Made by a program: the position numbers and the translations under genes. Shown in pieces: positions 1 through 8,703 of a DNA stretch of 28,456 nucleotides; within the stretch, counting starts at the first letter, position 1; each line of letters opens with the position of its first letter. The DNA comes from Chthonomonadales bacterium. Its GTDB lineage: Bacteria; Armatimonadota; Chthonomonadetes; Chthonomonadales; Chthonomonadaceae. The notes under the pieces are model-generated. The model did not search any database. It saw nothing but the letters and a program-made list of their open reading frames with translations, and was not told the origin of the DNA. The DNA lies in assembly GCA_038217285.1 (NCBI GenBank), contig JBBQPO010000045.1, positions 1-28,456 of the forward strand, written 5' to 3'.

Positions 1-1
1 G

Positions 2-250
2 ACAAAGGAAGAGGGGGGTCGTCATACTCCTTTCTTTGCGGGCTACACGCCGCAGTTCTTCTTCCGCACGACGGACGTGACGGGGAAGATGAACCTGCCC
101 GAAGGGGTGGAGATGGTGATGCCCGGCGATAACATTCGCATCACGGGCGAGCTGATCCAGCCTATCGCGATGGAAGAGGGTCTGCGCTTTGCCGTTCGCG
201 AAGGCGGAAAAACGGTCGGCGCAGGCGTTGTCACCAAAGTGCTCGAATAG
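2..250 (+). CDS. tuf: Elongation factor Tu, C-terminal part (5'-truncated by window)
   Basis: Frame from base 2 reads [28 protein letters not shown]...MVMPGDN...[24 protein letters not shown]-Tu domain III; directly upstream of rpsJ. Confidence 0.98.
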   Translation, partial: TKEEGGRHTPFFAGYTPQFFFRTTDVTGKMNLPEGVEMVMPGDNIRITGELIQPIAMEEGLRFAVREGGKTVGAGVVTKVLE

Positions 251-336
251 TGTAAAAACCGAGAAGCCGGTCGTCGGTCTAACCCCCGAAGATCGGCCTC
301 TACTCTGTTTGTGCTAACCTGCCAGAGAGGATACGA

Positions 337-657
337 ATGGCTACTCCAACACGACAGAATAAGGTGCGCATTCGCCTTCGGGCGTTCGACCACCGTATTC
401 TGGACCAGTCTGCGGAAAAAATCGTGGACACTGCAAAGCGCACAGGCGCTCGGGTCGCTGGCCCGGTCCTGTTGCCGACCGACAAGGCGATCTTCTGCGT
501 CAACCGTGGACCGACGATCGACAAAGAGTCCATGGAGCATTTTGAACAGCGCACACACAAGCGCCTGATCGACATTCTCGACCCGGGCCCCAAGACGATC
601 GATGCGCTGATGCGCCTCGACCTTCCGAGCGGCGTGGACATCGAGATCAAACTCTAG
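337..657 (+). CDS. rpsJ: 30S ribosomal protein S10 (uS10)
   Basis: [17 protein letters not shown]...GPVLLPT...RTHKRLIDI...[18 protein letters not shown]. Confidence 0.98.
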   Translation: MATPTRQNKVRIRLRAFDHRILDQSAEKIVDTAKRTGARVAGPVLLPTDKAIFCVNRGPTIDKESMEHFEQRTHKRLIDILDPGPKTIDALMRLDLPSGVDIEIKL

Positions 658-682
658 TTTAGTTACCTATTAGGAGAAGAAC

Positions 683-1309
683 GTGGTAGACACAATTCTG
701 GGCAAGAAAATCGGCATGACCCAGGTCTTCAACGACCGGGGCGAAGTGGTGCCGGTTTCCGTGATAGAAGCAGGCCCCTGCATTGTCACGCAGCTCAAAA
801 GTGTTGAAAGCGACGGCTACGTGGCTGTCCAGGTGGGGTTCGGCGAGATCCGTCCCCGACTTGTCAACAAACCGGAAACGGGGCATTTCAATAAGGCTGG
901 CGTCGAACCGCTGCGCCACCTTCAGGAGATCCGCGCGGAGGACCTCGGCGACTACAAGCTCGGCGATGCAATCAAGTGCGATATCTTCGAGGTAGGCCAG
1001 CGCGTCAAAGTGACCGGCATCTCGAAGGGTAAAGGTTTTGCCGGCGTCGTGAAGCGATTCCACTTCCACGGCGGCGACATGACCCACGGCTCCATGATTC
1101 ACCGCAAACCGCAGTCCAGCGGCGCGACCGACGCGGCCCGCACCTTTAAAGGCACCCGCAAGCCCGGACAGATGGGCAACAAGCAGGTGAGTGTGCGCGG
1201 TCTGCGAATCGTCCGCATAGACACGGAGCGCAATCTGCTGCTGATCGAGGGAGCCGTCCCCGGCGCCAACGGCGGCATGCTCACCATACAGCGACTGAAG
1301 CAGCGCTAG
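683..1309 (+). CDS. rplC: 50S ribosomal protein L3 (uL3)
   Basis: ILGKKIGMTQVF, GYVAVQVGFG, SKGKGFAGVVKR, IEGAVPG; GTG start after AGGAG. Confidence 0.98.
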   Translation: MVDTILGKKIGMTQVFNDRGEVVPVSVIEAGPCIVTQLKSVESDGYVAVQVGFGEIRPRLVNKPETGHFNKAGVEPLRHLQEIRAEDLGDYKLGDAIKCDIFEVGQRVKVTGISKGKGFAGVVKRFHFHGGDMTHGSMIHRKPQSSGATDAARTFKGTRKPGQMGNKQVSVRGLRIVRIDTERNLLLIEGAVPGANGGMLTIQRLKQR

Positions 1310-1322
1310 GAGACTCACAGAC

Positions 1323-2015
1323 ATGGCAAGTATTCCCCTTAAAAACTCCGCAGGTGCAGACCTCGGAACCCTGGACCTGCCTGATGCGATCTTCGGCGTA
1401 GACTACAACGAGTCGCTCGTACATCAGGCTATCGTGACCGAAGAGGCAAATTATCGGCAGGGCACCCACTCCACCAAGACCCGCGCAGAAGTGCGCGGCG
1501 GCGGACGCAAACCCTGGAAACAGAAGGGAACCGGACGCGCCCGCCAGGGAACGATCCGCGCTCCCCAATGGAGAAAGGGCGGCGTCGTCGGCGGCCCCAC
1601 CCCGCGGGACCATCGCAAGGCGTTCCCCGTGAAGATGCGGCGCGGCGCGATGCGCTCCGTTCTTTCCGGCAAGGTGTCGGAAGGCGCCGTGATCGGGCTG
1701 GACGCGCTGGCGTTCGACGCTATCAAGACCAAGAGCGCGGTCGAGCTTCTCAAGGCCCTGGGCCTGGGCGAGACCAAGCGTGTCCTGATCATCATTCCCG
1801 AGCACAATGAAACGCTGCTGAAGTCCATCAATAACCTTCAGAACGTGGAGCTGCGGTTCGCACCGAACTTCTCGGTACGCGATACGCTGGTCGCCCATAA
1901 AATTGTGCTTGTCCGGGATGCCGTTGCGAAGATCGAGGCCGTCTGGATGCCCAAGCAGACCGACGACGAAGCGGGCGCAACGCCGCAGCAAAAGACCGAG
2001 GAGGTAGCGGCATGA
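1323..2015 (+). CDS. rplD: 50S ribosomal protein L4 (uL4), short acidic C-terminal tail
   Basis: [32 protein letters not shown] signature; AGGAG RBS. Confidence 0.98.
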   Translation: MASIPLKNSAGADLGTLDLPDAIFGVDYNESLVHQAIVTEEANYRQGTHSTKTRAEVRGGGRKPWKQKGTGRARQGTIRAPQWRKGGVVGGPTPRDHRKAFPVKMRRGAMRSVLSGKVSEGAVIGLDALAFDAIKTKSAVELLKALGLGETKRVLIIIPEHNETLLKSINNLQNVELRFAPNFSVRDTLVAHKIVLVRDAVAKIEAVWMPKQTDDEAGATPQQKTEEVAA

Positions 2016-2308
2016 GAGATCCGCACATGATCATCGAACGGCCCCTGCTGACCGAAAAAAGCACGGATCAGGCCGCGTACAATAAGTTTCATTTCCGCGT
2101 CAAGCCGGACGCGAACAAGATTGAGATCGCCCACGCGGTCGAAGCTATCTACGCCGAGCAGGGAGTTCATGTCCTCGCCGTCAATACACTGCACGTCAAG
2201 GGCAAGAAGCGTCGCGCCCTCGGCAAAGGCAAGGCGGGCTACTCCCCGAACTGGAAAAAGGCCATCGTCACGACGGATAAGCCGCTGACGCTGTTCGAGG
2301 GAATCTAA
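2012..2308 (+). CDS. rplW: 50S ribosomal protein L23 (uL23)
   Basis: [34 protein letters not shown] overlap with rplD. Confidence 0.97.
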   Translation: MRDPHMIIERPLLTEKSTDQAAYNKFHFRVKPDANKIEIAHAVEAIYAEQGVHVLAVNTLHVKGKKRRALGKGKAGYSPNWKKAIVTTDKPLTLFEGI

Positions 2309-2312
2309 CACA

Positions 2313-3167
2313 ATGCCTATCCGAAAATTCAAACCTACCGGCCCCGGACGACGCTTCCGCGCCATCGCGACTTATGAGGAGCTGACGAAGAAGCCGGGCA
2401 AGAACCAGGCCGTCGATCCGCATAAGGCGCTGATGTCGCCGATCAAACGCACCGGCGGACGTAACAACAAGGGCCGCATCACCCATCGCTTCCACGGCGG
2501 CGGCAACAAGCGGATGTATCGCATCATCGACTTCAAACGGAACAAGTACGACGTTCCCGCCAAAGTCCTGACGATCGAATACGATCCCAACCGCACCTGC
2601 CGTATCTCTCTCGTAGAGTATGAGGATGGGGAGAAGCGGTACATCCTGACGCCCATCGGCCTCAAAGAGGGCGACAATATCATCGCCAGTGACACCGCCG
2701 ATATCCGGCCCGGCAACAGCCTGCCGATCCGCGCCATTCCCGTCGGTACGACGATCCACAACATCGAACTGCACCTCGGCAAGGGCGGACAGTTGGTCCG
2801 CTCCGCCGGAGCGGGCGCGCAGTTGATGGCGAAAGAGGGCAAGTACGCGCAGATCCGTCTGCCTTCCGGTGAAACCCGACTCATTCTGCTCACCTGCCAC
2901 GCGACCATCGGTCAGGTCGGCAACCCGGAGCATGAGAACGAGAAACTGGGTAAAGCCGGCGCCTCTCGCTGGCGTGGTATCAAGGGCCATGTTCGCGGTA
3001 TTGCCATGACCCCGCGTGATCACCCGCACGGTGGTGGTGAGGCGCAGAGCCCCATCGGTCGCCGCAAAGGTCCGGCCACGCCCTGGGGCAAGCCGGCGCT
3101 GGGCTTCAAAACCCGCCACAACAAACGCACCGACAAGTTCATCGTCCGCAGGCGCGGCGCGAAATAG
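2313..3167 (+). CDS. rplB: 50S ribosomal protein L2 (uL2)
   Basis: [38 protein letters not shown] motifs. Confidence 0.99.
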   Translation: MPIRKFKPTGPGRRFRAIATYEELTKKPGKNQAVDPHKALMSPIKRTGGRNNKGRITHRFHGGGNKRMYRIIDFKRNKYDVPAKVLTIEYDPNRTCRISLVEYEDGEKRYILTPIGLKEGDNIIASDTADIRPGNSLPIRAIPVGTTIHNIELHLGKGGQLVRSAGAGAQLMAKEGKYAQIRLPSGETRLILLTCHATIGQVGNPEHENEKLGKAGASRWRGIKGHVRGIAMTPRDHPHGGGEAQSPIGRRKGPATPWGKPALGFKTRHNKRTDKFIVRRRGAK

Positions 3168-3265
3168 GAGGCAGAGGGCCGCGAACCGCAGGCAGACAGC
3201 CGACAGGGGATCCCTCCTCTTAGTTGAATGCCGGTGGTTCGCAGCCCCTCCTTCTGGAGATAACG

Positions 3266-3553
3266 ATGGGACGTTCACTGAAAAAGGGGCCGTACGCCGA
3301 CCCCAAACTGCTCGAAAAAATTCGCGGGATGAATGCACGGAACGAGAAAAAGGCCATCAAGACTTGGTCACGTCGCTCTACCATCTTCCCGGACTTCATC
3401 GGACATACGATGCTCGTACACGACGGGCGCAAACATATTCCGATCTTCATCACGGAGAACATGGTCGGGCATAAGCTCGGCGAGTTCGCCTTTACCCGTA
3501 CCTTCCGCGGTCACGCCGGTCAACAGATCGAACGCCGCTCCGGGATCAAATAG
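3266..3553 (+). CDS. rpsS: 30S ribosomal protein S19 (uS19)
   Basis: MGRSLKKGP...[11 protein letters not shown]...MVGHKLGEF; start reset to ATG 3266 behind GGAG. Confidence 0.97.
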   Translation: MGRSLKKGPYADPKLLEKIRGMNARNEKKAIKTWSRRSTIFPDFIGHTMLVHDGRKHIPIFITENMVGHKLGEFAFTRTFRGHAGQQIERRSGIK

Positions 3554-3570
3554 CAGAGGACGCAGACGAC

Positions 3571-4275
3571 ATGGCACAAGATACTGTTGCGGAGACGCTC
3601 GAGCGTCCACGCGAACATCGCGAAAACCGCAAAAAGAACCGCGGACGCAAGGTCGAGGCGAATCAGGCTCAGGCGATCGCCAAGTTCATTCGCGTTCCGC
3701 CGCGTAAAGCCCGCCTGGTGATGGACGCCGTACGCGGACGCTACGCTCAGGACGCACTGGCCTTCCTGCGCTTCATCCCGAATCGTGCGGCTGGCTACAT
3801 CTCCAAGGTCCTGGCCTCGGCGGTCGCCAACGCGGCCAACAACCATAACCTGGACCCGAACCTGCTGAAACTGGTCGAGGCCCGCGTCGATGAAGGCCCC
3901 CGCATGAAGCGCGTTCAGCCGCGTGCCCAGGGCCGCGCCTATCGCATCCTGAAGCGCATGAGCCACATCACGGTCATCGTACAAGAGTCCGAACCGAAGC
4001 CCAAAAAGCCGAAGAAGGCTGCCGCAACCCGCACCCCAGCCGCCCGCACCGCGAAACCGAAGACGTCTGCGCCCGCTGCCAAAGCGGAGAAGACGAAGTC
4101 TGCGGTCGCTGCGGAAGAGACGACCCCGGTTGTGCCGGTCGCAGAGACCCCGACCGAAACGACAACCCCGGTGGAGACTCCCGTGGTCGCAGAGACAGCG
4201 CTGGAAACACCTGTTGTTGCAGAGACGAAGGCGGCAACGCATGCCGAAGCTACCGACACTGCGGAGACGAAATAG
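3571..4275 (+). CDS. rplV: 50S ribosomal protein L22 (uL22) with N- and C-terminal extensions
   Basis: Core (about aa 33-140) RVPPRKARLVMDAVRG...SAVANA...VDEGPRMKR.QPRAQGRA...SHITV; position between rpsS and rpsC. Confidence 0.96.
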   Translation: MAQDTVAETLERPREHRENRKKNRGRKVEANQAQAIAKFIRVPPRKARLVMDAVRGRYAQDALAFLRFIPNRAAGYISKVLASAVANAANNHNLDPNLLKLVEARVDEGPRMKRVQPRAQGRAYRILKRMSHITVIVQESEPKPKKPKKAAATRTPAARTAKPKTSAPAAKAEKTKSAVAAEETTPVVPVAETPTETTTPVETPVVAETALETPVVAETKAATHAEATDTAETK

Positions 4276-4305
4276 CCGCCGACGCGGCTTTGAGAGGAAA
4301 ACGAG

Positions 4306-5433
4306 TTGGGACAAAAAGTACATCCTATCGGATTTCGGATCGGCGTCATCCGCAACCCGGACAGCACCTGGTATCTGCCGAAACGTCAGTTCGCCGCCGC
4401 CCTCTATGAGGACTATCAGATTCGACGCGCCATCAAGAAGGACGAATTCCAGAAGTTCGTCAAAAAAGGCGACGAGAAAGATGCGCCCCGGCTTTCGCAG
4501 GCGGCCATCTCTCGCATAGAGATCGAGCGCGCGGGCAACCGCGTCAAGGCGACCCTATTCACGGCCAAACCCGGTATCATCATCGGACGCCAGGGCAAGG
4601 GCATCGATGTCCTGAAGAACGCCCTGGAAAAGATGACCAAAAAGCAGGTCATGGTCAATGTCCAGGAGATCCGCCATCCCGATATGGACGGTCAGTTGGT
4701 CGCCGAGTCCATCGCGCAGCAGATCGAAAAACGTATCGCCTACAAGCGGGCCATGCGTCAGGCGATTTTGCGGGCGATGAAGCTGGGCGTGCGCGGTATT
4801 CGCATCATGTGTTCCGGGCGACTGGCCGGAGCCGAGATGGCGCGTAAAGAGCAGGACCGCCAGGGCAAAATTCCCCTGCACACCCTGCGAGCCGACATCG
4901 ACTACGGTTTCGCGGAAGCGCTGACGACCTACGGCCACATCGGCATCAAGGTCTGGATCTATAAGGGTGATATTCTGCCGGGCCATTCCCGCGTCAGCGA
5001 GGCCGAACCGCCCCGCAATATGCGCGGCGACGGTCGCCCGGACCGTTCCGGCGAGCGTTCGGATAGCGGACGCGGCGGTCGTGGCGGCGGTGCAGATCGC
5101 GGCGGACGCGGCGGCGGCGGTGATCGCGGCGGTCGCGGTGGCGGCGGCGGTGGTCGTGGCCCCGGTGGCGGCGGCGGTGGCTATAGCGGCGGTGGTGGTG
5201 GTGGTGGCTATAGTGGCGGCGGTGGCGGCGGTGGCCGACCCGCAGGTGGCGGCGGCGGTTACAGCGGCGGCGGAAGCTACAGCGGCGGTGGCGGCGGTGG
5301 TGGCCGACCTGCAGGCGGTGGCGGCGGCGGTTACAGCGGTGGTGGTGGTGGTCGTCCTGCAGGCGGCCCGCCCGCAGGGGGACCTCGTCCTCCGCGCCCG
5401 CCGGAGGGCGGCGGCGCTCCTCCCGCAGCCTGA
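4306..5433 (+). CDS. rpsC: 30S ribosomal protein S3 (uS3) with about 150-aa Gly/Arg/Tyr-rich C-terminal tail
   Basis: [58 protein letters not shown] start after GAGG. Confidence 0.98.
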   Translation: MGQKVHPIGFRIGVIRNPDSTWYLPKRQFAAALYEDYQIRRAIKKDEFQKFVKKGDEKDAPRLSQAAISRIEIERAGNRVKATLFTAKPGIIIGRQGKGIDVLKNALEKMTKKQVMVNVQEIRHPDMDGQLVAESIAQQIEKRIAYKRAMRQAILRAMKLGVRGIRIMCSGRLAGAEMARKEQDRQGKIPLHTLRADIDYGFAEALTTYGHIGIKVWIYKGDILPGHSRVSEAEPPRNMRGDGRPDRSGERSDSGRGGRGGGADRGGRGGGGDRGGRGGGGGGRGPGGGGGGYSGGGGGGGYSGGGGGGGRPAGGGGGYSGGGSYSGGGGGGGRPAGGGGGGYSGGGGGRPAGGPPAGGPRPPRPPEGGGAPPAA

Positions 5434-5632
5434 CAGCCGAAAAGATTGTCTTCGTGCGGGATCTCTCGCGCGACGACAGGTGAGTGTGCGTGACGGTGAG
5501 GAGGGAGGCAGTTTCGCCTCCGACCGGAAACCGTCACGCCTATCCTGTTCCCGCACTGTCTGAGAAAGACAGTGAACGGCGTATCGGCAGGCAACGTTCC
5601 TGCGCGGTATGCCTGATGGAGGTTACTCTGTA

Positions 5633-6148
5633 ATGTTAATGCCCAAGCGTGTAAAGCACCGCAAGCAGCACCGCGGTCACCGGAGAGGCAAAGCTTCCGG
5701 CGGCACCGTGGTCAGCTTCGGCCAGTTCGGACTTCAGGCGCTGGAGTCGTGCTGGATGACGGCCAATCAGATTGAGGCCGCTCGTATCGCCATCAACCGT
5801 TACATTCGGCGCGGCGGTAAGATCTGGATCCGTATTTTCCCGGATAAGCCCTTCACCAAGAAGCCTGCCGAAACCCGCATGGGTTCGGGCAAGGGCGCCC
5901 CGGATGGCTGGGTCGCGGTGATCAAGCCCGGTCGTATTCTGTTCGAACTGGCGGGAGTCAGTGAAGAGACGGCGCGCGAAGCGATGCGCCTGGCCTCCCA
6001 CAAACTGCCGATAGATACCAAATTTGTCCTGCGAGAGGCCGCTCCGGTTGCGTCGGATCATGACGACGACGACGATGAGGTCGAAGAGGTCGAAGCTCAG
6101 GAAATCAACGAGGAAGACTCGGAGGAGGGAACCGATGGCGGAGCTTAA
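5633..6148 (+). CDS. rplP: 50S ribosomal protein L16 (uL16) with acidic tail
   Basis: [42 protein letters not shown] 5633 behind GGAGG (5618-5622). Confidence 0.98.
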   Translation: MLMPKRVKHRKQHRGHRRGKASGGTVVSFGQFGLQALESCWMTANQIEAARIAINRYIRRGGKIWIRIFPDKPFTKKPAETRMGSGKGAPDGWVAVIKPGRILFELAGVSEETAREAMRLASHKLPIDTKFVLREAAPVASDHDDDDDEVEEVEAQEINEEDSEEGTDGGA

Positions 6149-6365
6149 CCAGAACCAGATTCGCGCCCAACTTCGCGAAATGACCGACGATGACCTGCGC
6201 CACGAAGTGTCCGCGCAGCGTGCCGCGCTCTATGGCTTTCGCCAGCGCCACGCGATGAAACAACTGGAGAACACGGCGGTCATTCGCGCTGCGCGCAAGC
6301 AGATCGCCCGCGCCCTGACCATCCTGCGAGAGCGGGAGTTGGCCGCGAAAAGAGAGGCGAAATAG
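6135..6365 (+). CDS. rpmC: 50S ribosomal protein L29 (uL29)
   Basis: LREMTDDDL...[29 protein letters not shown] 6135 behind GGAGGAGG inside rplP. Confidence 0.93.
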   Translation: MAELNQNQIRAQLREMTDDDLRHEVSAQRAALYGFRQRHAMKQLENTAVIRAARKQIARALTILRERELAAKREAK

Positions 6366-6368
6366 TCT

Positions 6369-6977
6369 ATGTCTGAGGAAACTGTAAACTCGAACGCGAC
6401 GCCGGAAGAGACCGAGCCGAAACCTGCCAACGTCTCCGATCCGACGCCTGCCGAAGAAGAGACCCTGGTTGCGCCGACCCCGGTGGCCGAGACGCCCGTT
6501 GAGGTGGAGAAGCCCGTCGAAGTGGAAACGCCCGTCGAGGTAGAGAAGCCGGCCGAAGTGGAAACGCCTGTCGTGGCGGAGAAACCCGTCGAAGTGGAAA
6601 CGCCCGCTGTGGTGGAGAAGCCTGTTGCGGCGAAGAAGTCCGCTGCTGCGGAGAAACCGGTCGCCCCGGTGGACCCGGCAGAGCCGCGACCGGTCGATGT
6701 CCTGAACTTCGGCGATAAGCCCGACCCCAAGCGAGGCCGCCGCAAACTTCGCGTCGGACGCGTCGTCAGCAACAAGATGGATAAGACCGTCGTTGTCGCC
6801 GTCGAAACCCGCGTGCGGCATCCGCTGTACGGTAAGTTCATGCGGCGCACCGCGAAGTTCAAGGCGCATGACGAGCAGAACTGTGGCGAAGGCGATACCG
6901 TAGAAATCATGGAGACGCGACCGCTCTCCAAAGAGAAGCGATGGCGCGTGGTGCGTATCGTCGAGAGGGCTAAGTAG
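6369..6977 (+). CDS. rpsQ: 30S ribosomal protein S17 (uS17) with about 120-aa repetitive N-terminal extension
   Basis: Core [14 protein letters not shown]...HPLYGK...AHDEQN...[18 protein letters not shown] from about aa 122; ATG 3 nt after the rpmC stop. Confidence 0.95.
   Translation: MSEETVNSNATPEETEPKPANVSDPTPAEEETLVAPTPVAETPVEVEKPVEVETPVEVEKPAEVETPVVAEKPVEVETPAVVEKPVAAKKSAAAEKPVAPVDPAEPRPVDVLNFGDKPDPKRGRRKLRVGRVVSNKMDKTVVVAVETRVRHPLYGKFMRRTAKFKAHDEQNCGEGDTVEIMETRPLSKEKRWRVVRIVERAK
6489..6632 (+). repeat. Eight tandem 18-nt units encoding E[T/K]P[V/A][E/V/A][V/A] inside rpsQ
   Basis: gagacgcccgttgaggtg gagaagcccgtcgaagtg gaaacgcccgtcgaggta gagaagccggccgaagtg...; T and K alternate, giving a 36-nt higher-order period. 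Confidence 0.9.
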
Positions 6978-6981
6978 AGAG

Positions 6982-7350
6982 ATGATTCAACCCTATACCC
7001 GTTTGAAGTGCGCGGACAACTCCGGTGCGCGTGAAATCATGTGCATCCGGGTCATGAAAGGCTCGGCGACCCGCTACGCCTTCGTCGGCGATGTGATTGT
7101 CGGCGTCGTGAAGTCCGCAACGCCCAACCAGCAGGTCAAGAAGAGCGATGTGGTCAAATGCGTGGTGGTTCGCACCAAGCATCCGATCCGTCGCGCGGAC
7201 GGCTCGGTGCTGCGCTTCGACGACAACGCAGCCGTAGTCATCCAGAACAACTTGGAACCGAAAGGGACCCGTATCTTCGGCCCGGTCGCCCGCGAACTGC
7301 GGGAACACGACTTCATGAAGATCGTCTCCCTGGCCCCGGAGGTGCTGTAA
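6982..7350 (+). CDS. rplN: 50S ribosomal protein L14 (uL14)
   Basis: [16 protein letters not shown]...RFDDNAAV...[13 protein letters not shown]...SLAPEVL. Confidence 0.99.
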   Translation: MIQPYTRLKCADNSGAREIMCIRVMKGSATRYAFVGDVIVGVVKSATPNQQVKKSDVVKCVVVRTKHPIRRADGSVLRFDDNAAVVIQNNLEPKGTRIFGPVARELREHDFMKIVSLAPEVL

Positions 7351-7351
7351 A

Positions 7352-7759
7352 ATGGCGCATACGAAAGCCAGTAAGCCGGAAGAGCCGGTTAAGCTAAAGG
7401 TCAAGAAGGGCGACCTCGTCGAGGTGATCTCCGGTAAGGACAAGGGCAAGCAGGGCGAAATCCTGCAGGCCATGCCGAAGGAGAACAAGGTCATCGTCAA
7501 GGGCTTGAACATCATGATCAAGCACGCCAAGGATCGCCCGAGTCGTGCTCCTGGAGCCTCCGGCCCCAACAACATGATCAAGGGCGGCCGCCTCGAGAAG
7601 GAAGCTCCTCTCTTCGTGGCCAAGGTCATGGTGGTATGCCCCTCCTGCAAGCGTCCTACCCGTGTAGGCTACGCTTACAAAGAGGGCGAGGAGAAGATGG
7701 CCCGCCGTAAATACCGTGTGTGCAAGCACCCGGAATGCGGCAAATCCATCGATGGCTAA
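7352..7759 (+). CDS. rplX: 50S ribosomal protein L24 (uL24), four-Cys form
   Basis: KOW motif VKKGDLVEVISGKDKGKQG; EKEAPL; CPSC...CKHPEC. Confidence 0.97.
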   Translation: MAHTKASKPEEPVKLKVKKGDLVEVISGKDKGKQGEILQAMPKENKVIVKGLNIMIKHAKDRPSRAPGASGPNNMIKGGRLEKEAPLFVAKVMVVCPSCKRPTRVGYAYKEGEEKMARRKYRVCKHPECGKSIDG

Positions 7760-7774
7760 GTTTAAGAGTAGCGA

Positions 7775-7846
7775 CCCCACCCCGGCCCTCCCCGCAAGCG
7801 GAGAGGGAGAATGGTTTCCCCCCGCAAGCGGGGGGATTAAGGGGGA
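7775..7846. repeat. REP/CIR-like double-hairpin intergenic element
   Basis: CCCCGCAAGCGG repeated at 7790-7801 and 7820-7831, each the core of a GC-rich palindrome (ccctccccgcaagcggagaggg; tccccccgcaagcgggggga), with C-rich and G-rich outer flanks. Confidence 0.7.
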
Positions 7847-7907
7847 GCGCTGCAGCATTCCCGCAGCCGGTCGGAAATCGGCGAGAGTGTAAGGGAGAAA
7901 TTTTCGA

Positions 7908-8459
7908 ATGGCGCGTTTCAAAGAGCGTTACCAACAAGAGATCGTTCCGAACCTGGTCAAACAGTTCAGCTACAAGAACATCATGCAGGTTCCGAAGATC
8001 GACAAGATCGTTATCAATATGGGTGTCGGCAAGGCCGGACAGACCGGCGGCGACGCCAAGGAACTCGACGGAGCCGTGCGCGATATGGGAATGATCACCG
8101 GGCAGAAGCCGGTCATCACCCTGGCCCGCAAATCGATCTCCAACTTTAAACTCCGCGCCGGTTCGCGGGTCGGCTGCAAAGTGACCCTGCGCGGCGAGCG
8201 GATGTATGAGTTCATGGATCGCCTGCTCTCGATCGCCCTGCCCCGTATTCGGGACTTCCAGGGTGTGTCGCCCAACTCCTTCGACGGCCGCGGCAACTAC
8301 GCTCTCGGCATGAAAGAGCAGTTGACCTTCCCGGAAATCGATTACGATAAGATCGACAAAGTGCGCGGTATGGACATCATCATCTGTACCACCGCGACCA
8401 CCGACAACGAGGCCCGCGCGCTCCTCAAAGCGTTCGGCATGCCGTTCCGCGAGAAGTAG
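7908..8459 (+). CDS. rplE: 50S ribosomal protein L5 (uL5)
   Basis: [50 protein letters not shown]. Confidence 0.99.
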   Translation: MARFKERYQQEIVPNLVKQFSYKNIMQVPKIDKIVINMGVGKAGQTGGDAKELDGAVRDMGMITGQKPVITLARKSISNFKLRAGSRVGCKVTLRGERMYEFMDRLLSIALPRIRDFQGVSPNSFDGRGNYALGMKEQLTFPEIDYDKIDKVRGMDIIICTTATTDNEARALLKAFGMPFREK

Positions 8460-8703
8460 CCTCCGCGTTGTTTGCGTATGATAAGGGAGGCGGTCGATTT
8501 CCGGTCGCCTACCCGTGTTTATCTTGACAACCGAATAGAGTTGTATTTGCTCTGCCTTCGCCGCCGTGTTCGTTCGGCTTCGGATGGGTGCGACGACGAC
8601 GACAGGATCGAGAAGAGGAACCTTCACGAGACTGGACAACGTGTCGCGTCGCAATGAGGCGGCCCGACGTGATTGTCACATCATGGCGAGGAGAGTAAGG
8701 CCG

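Noticed and set aside
8477-8552. Dedicated sigma70 promoter for the EF-G paralogue
   Set aside because: TATGAT (8477) lacks a -35 and TTGACA (8524) lacks a properly spaced -10, so it is not supportable as a feature.
8566-8703. 46-aa N-terminal extension of the EF-G paralogue in the ORF track
   Set aside because: Family homology starts at MKAY...IRNVG, and ATG 8704 has an upstream GAGGAG.
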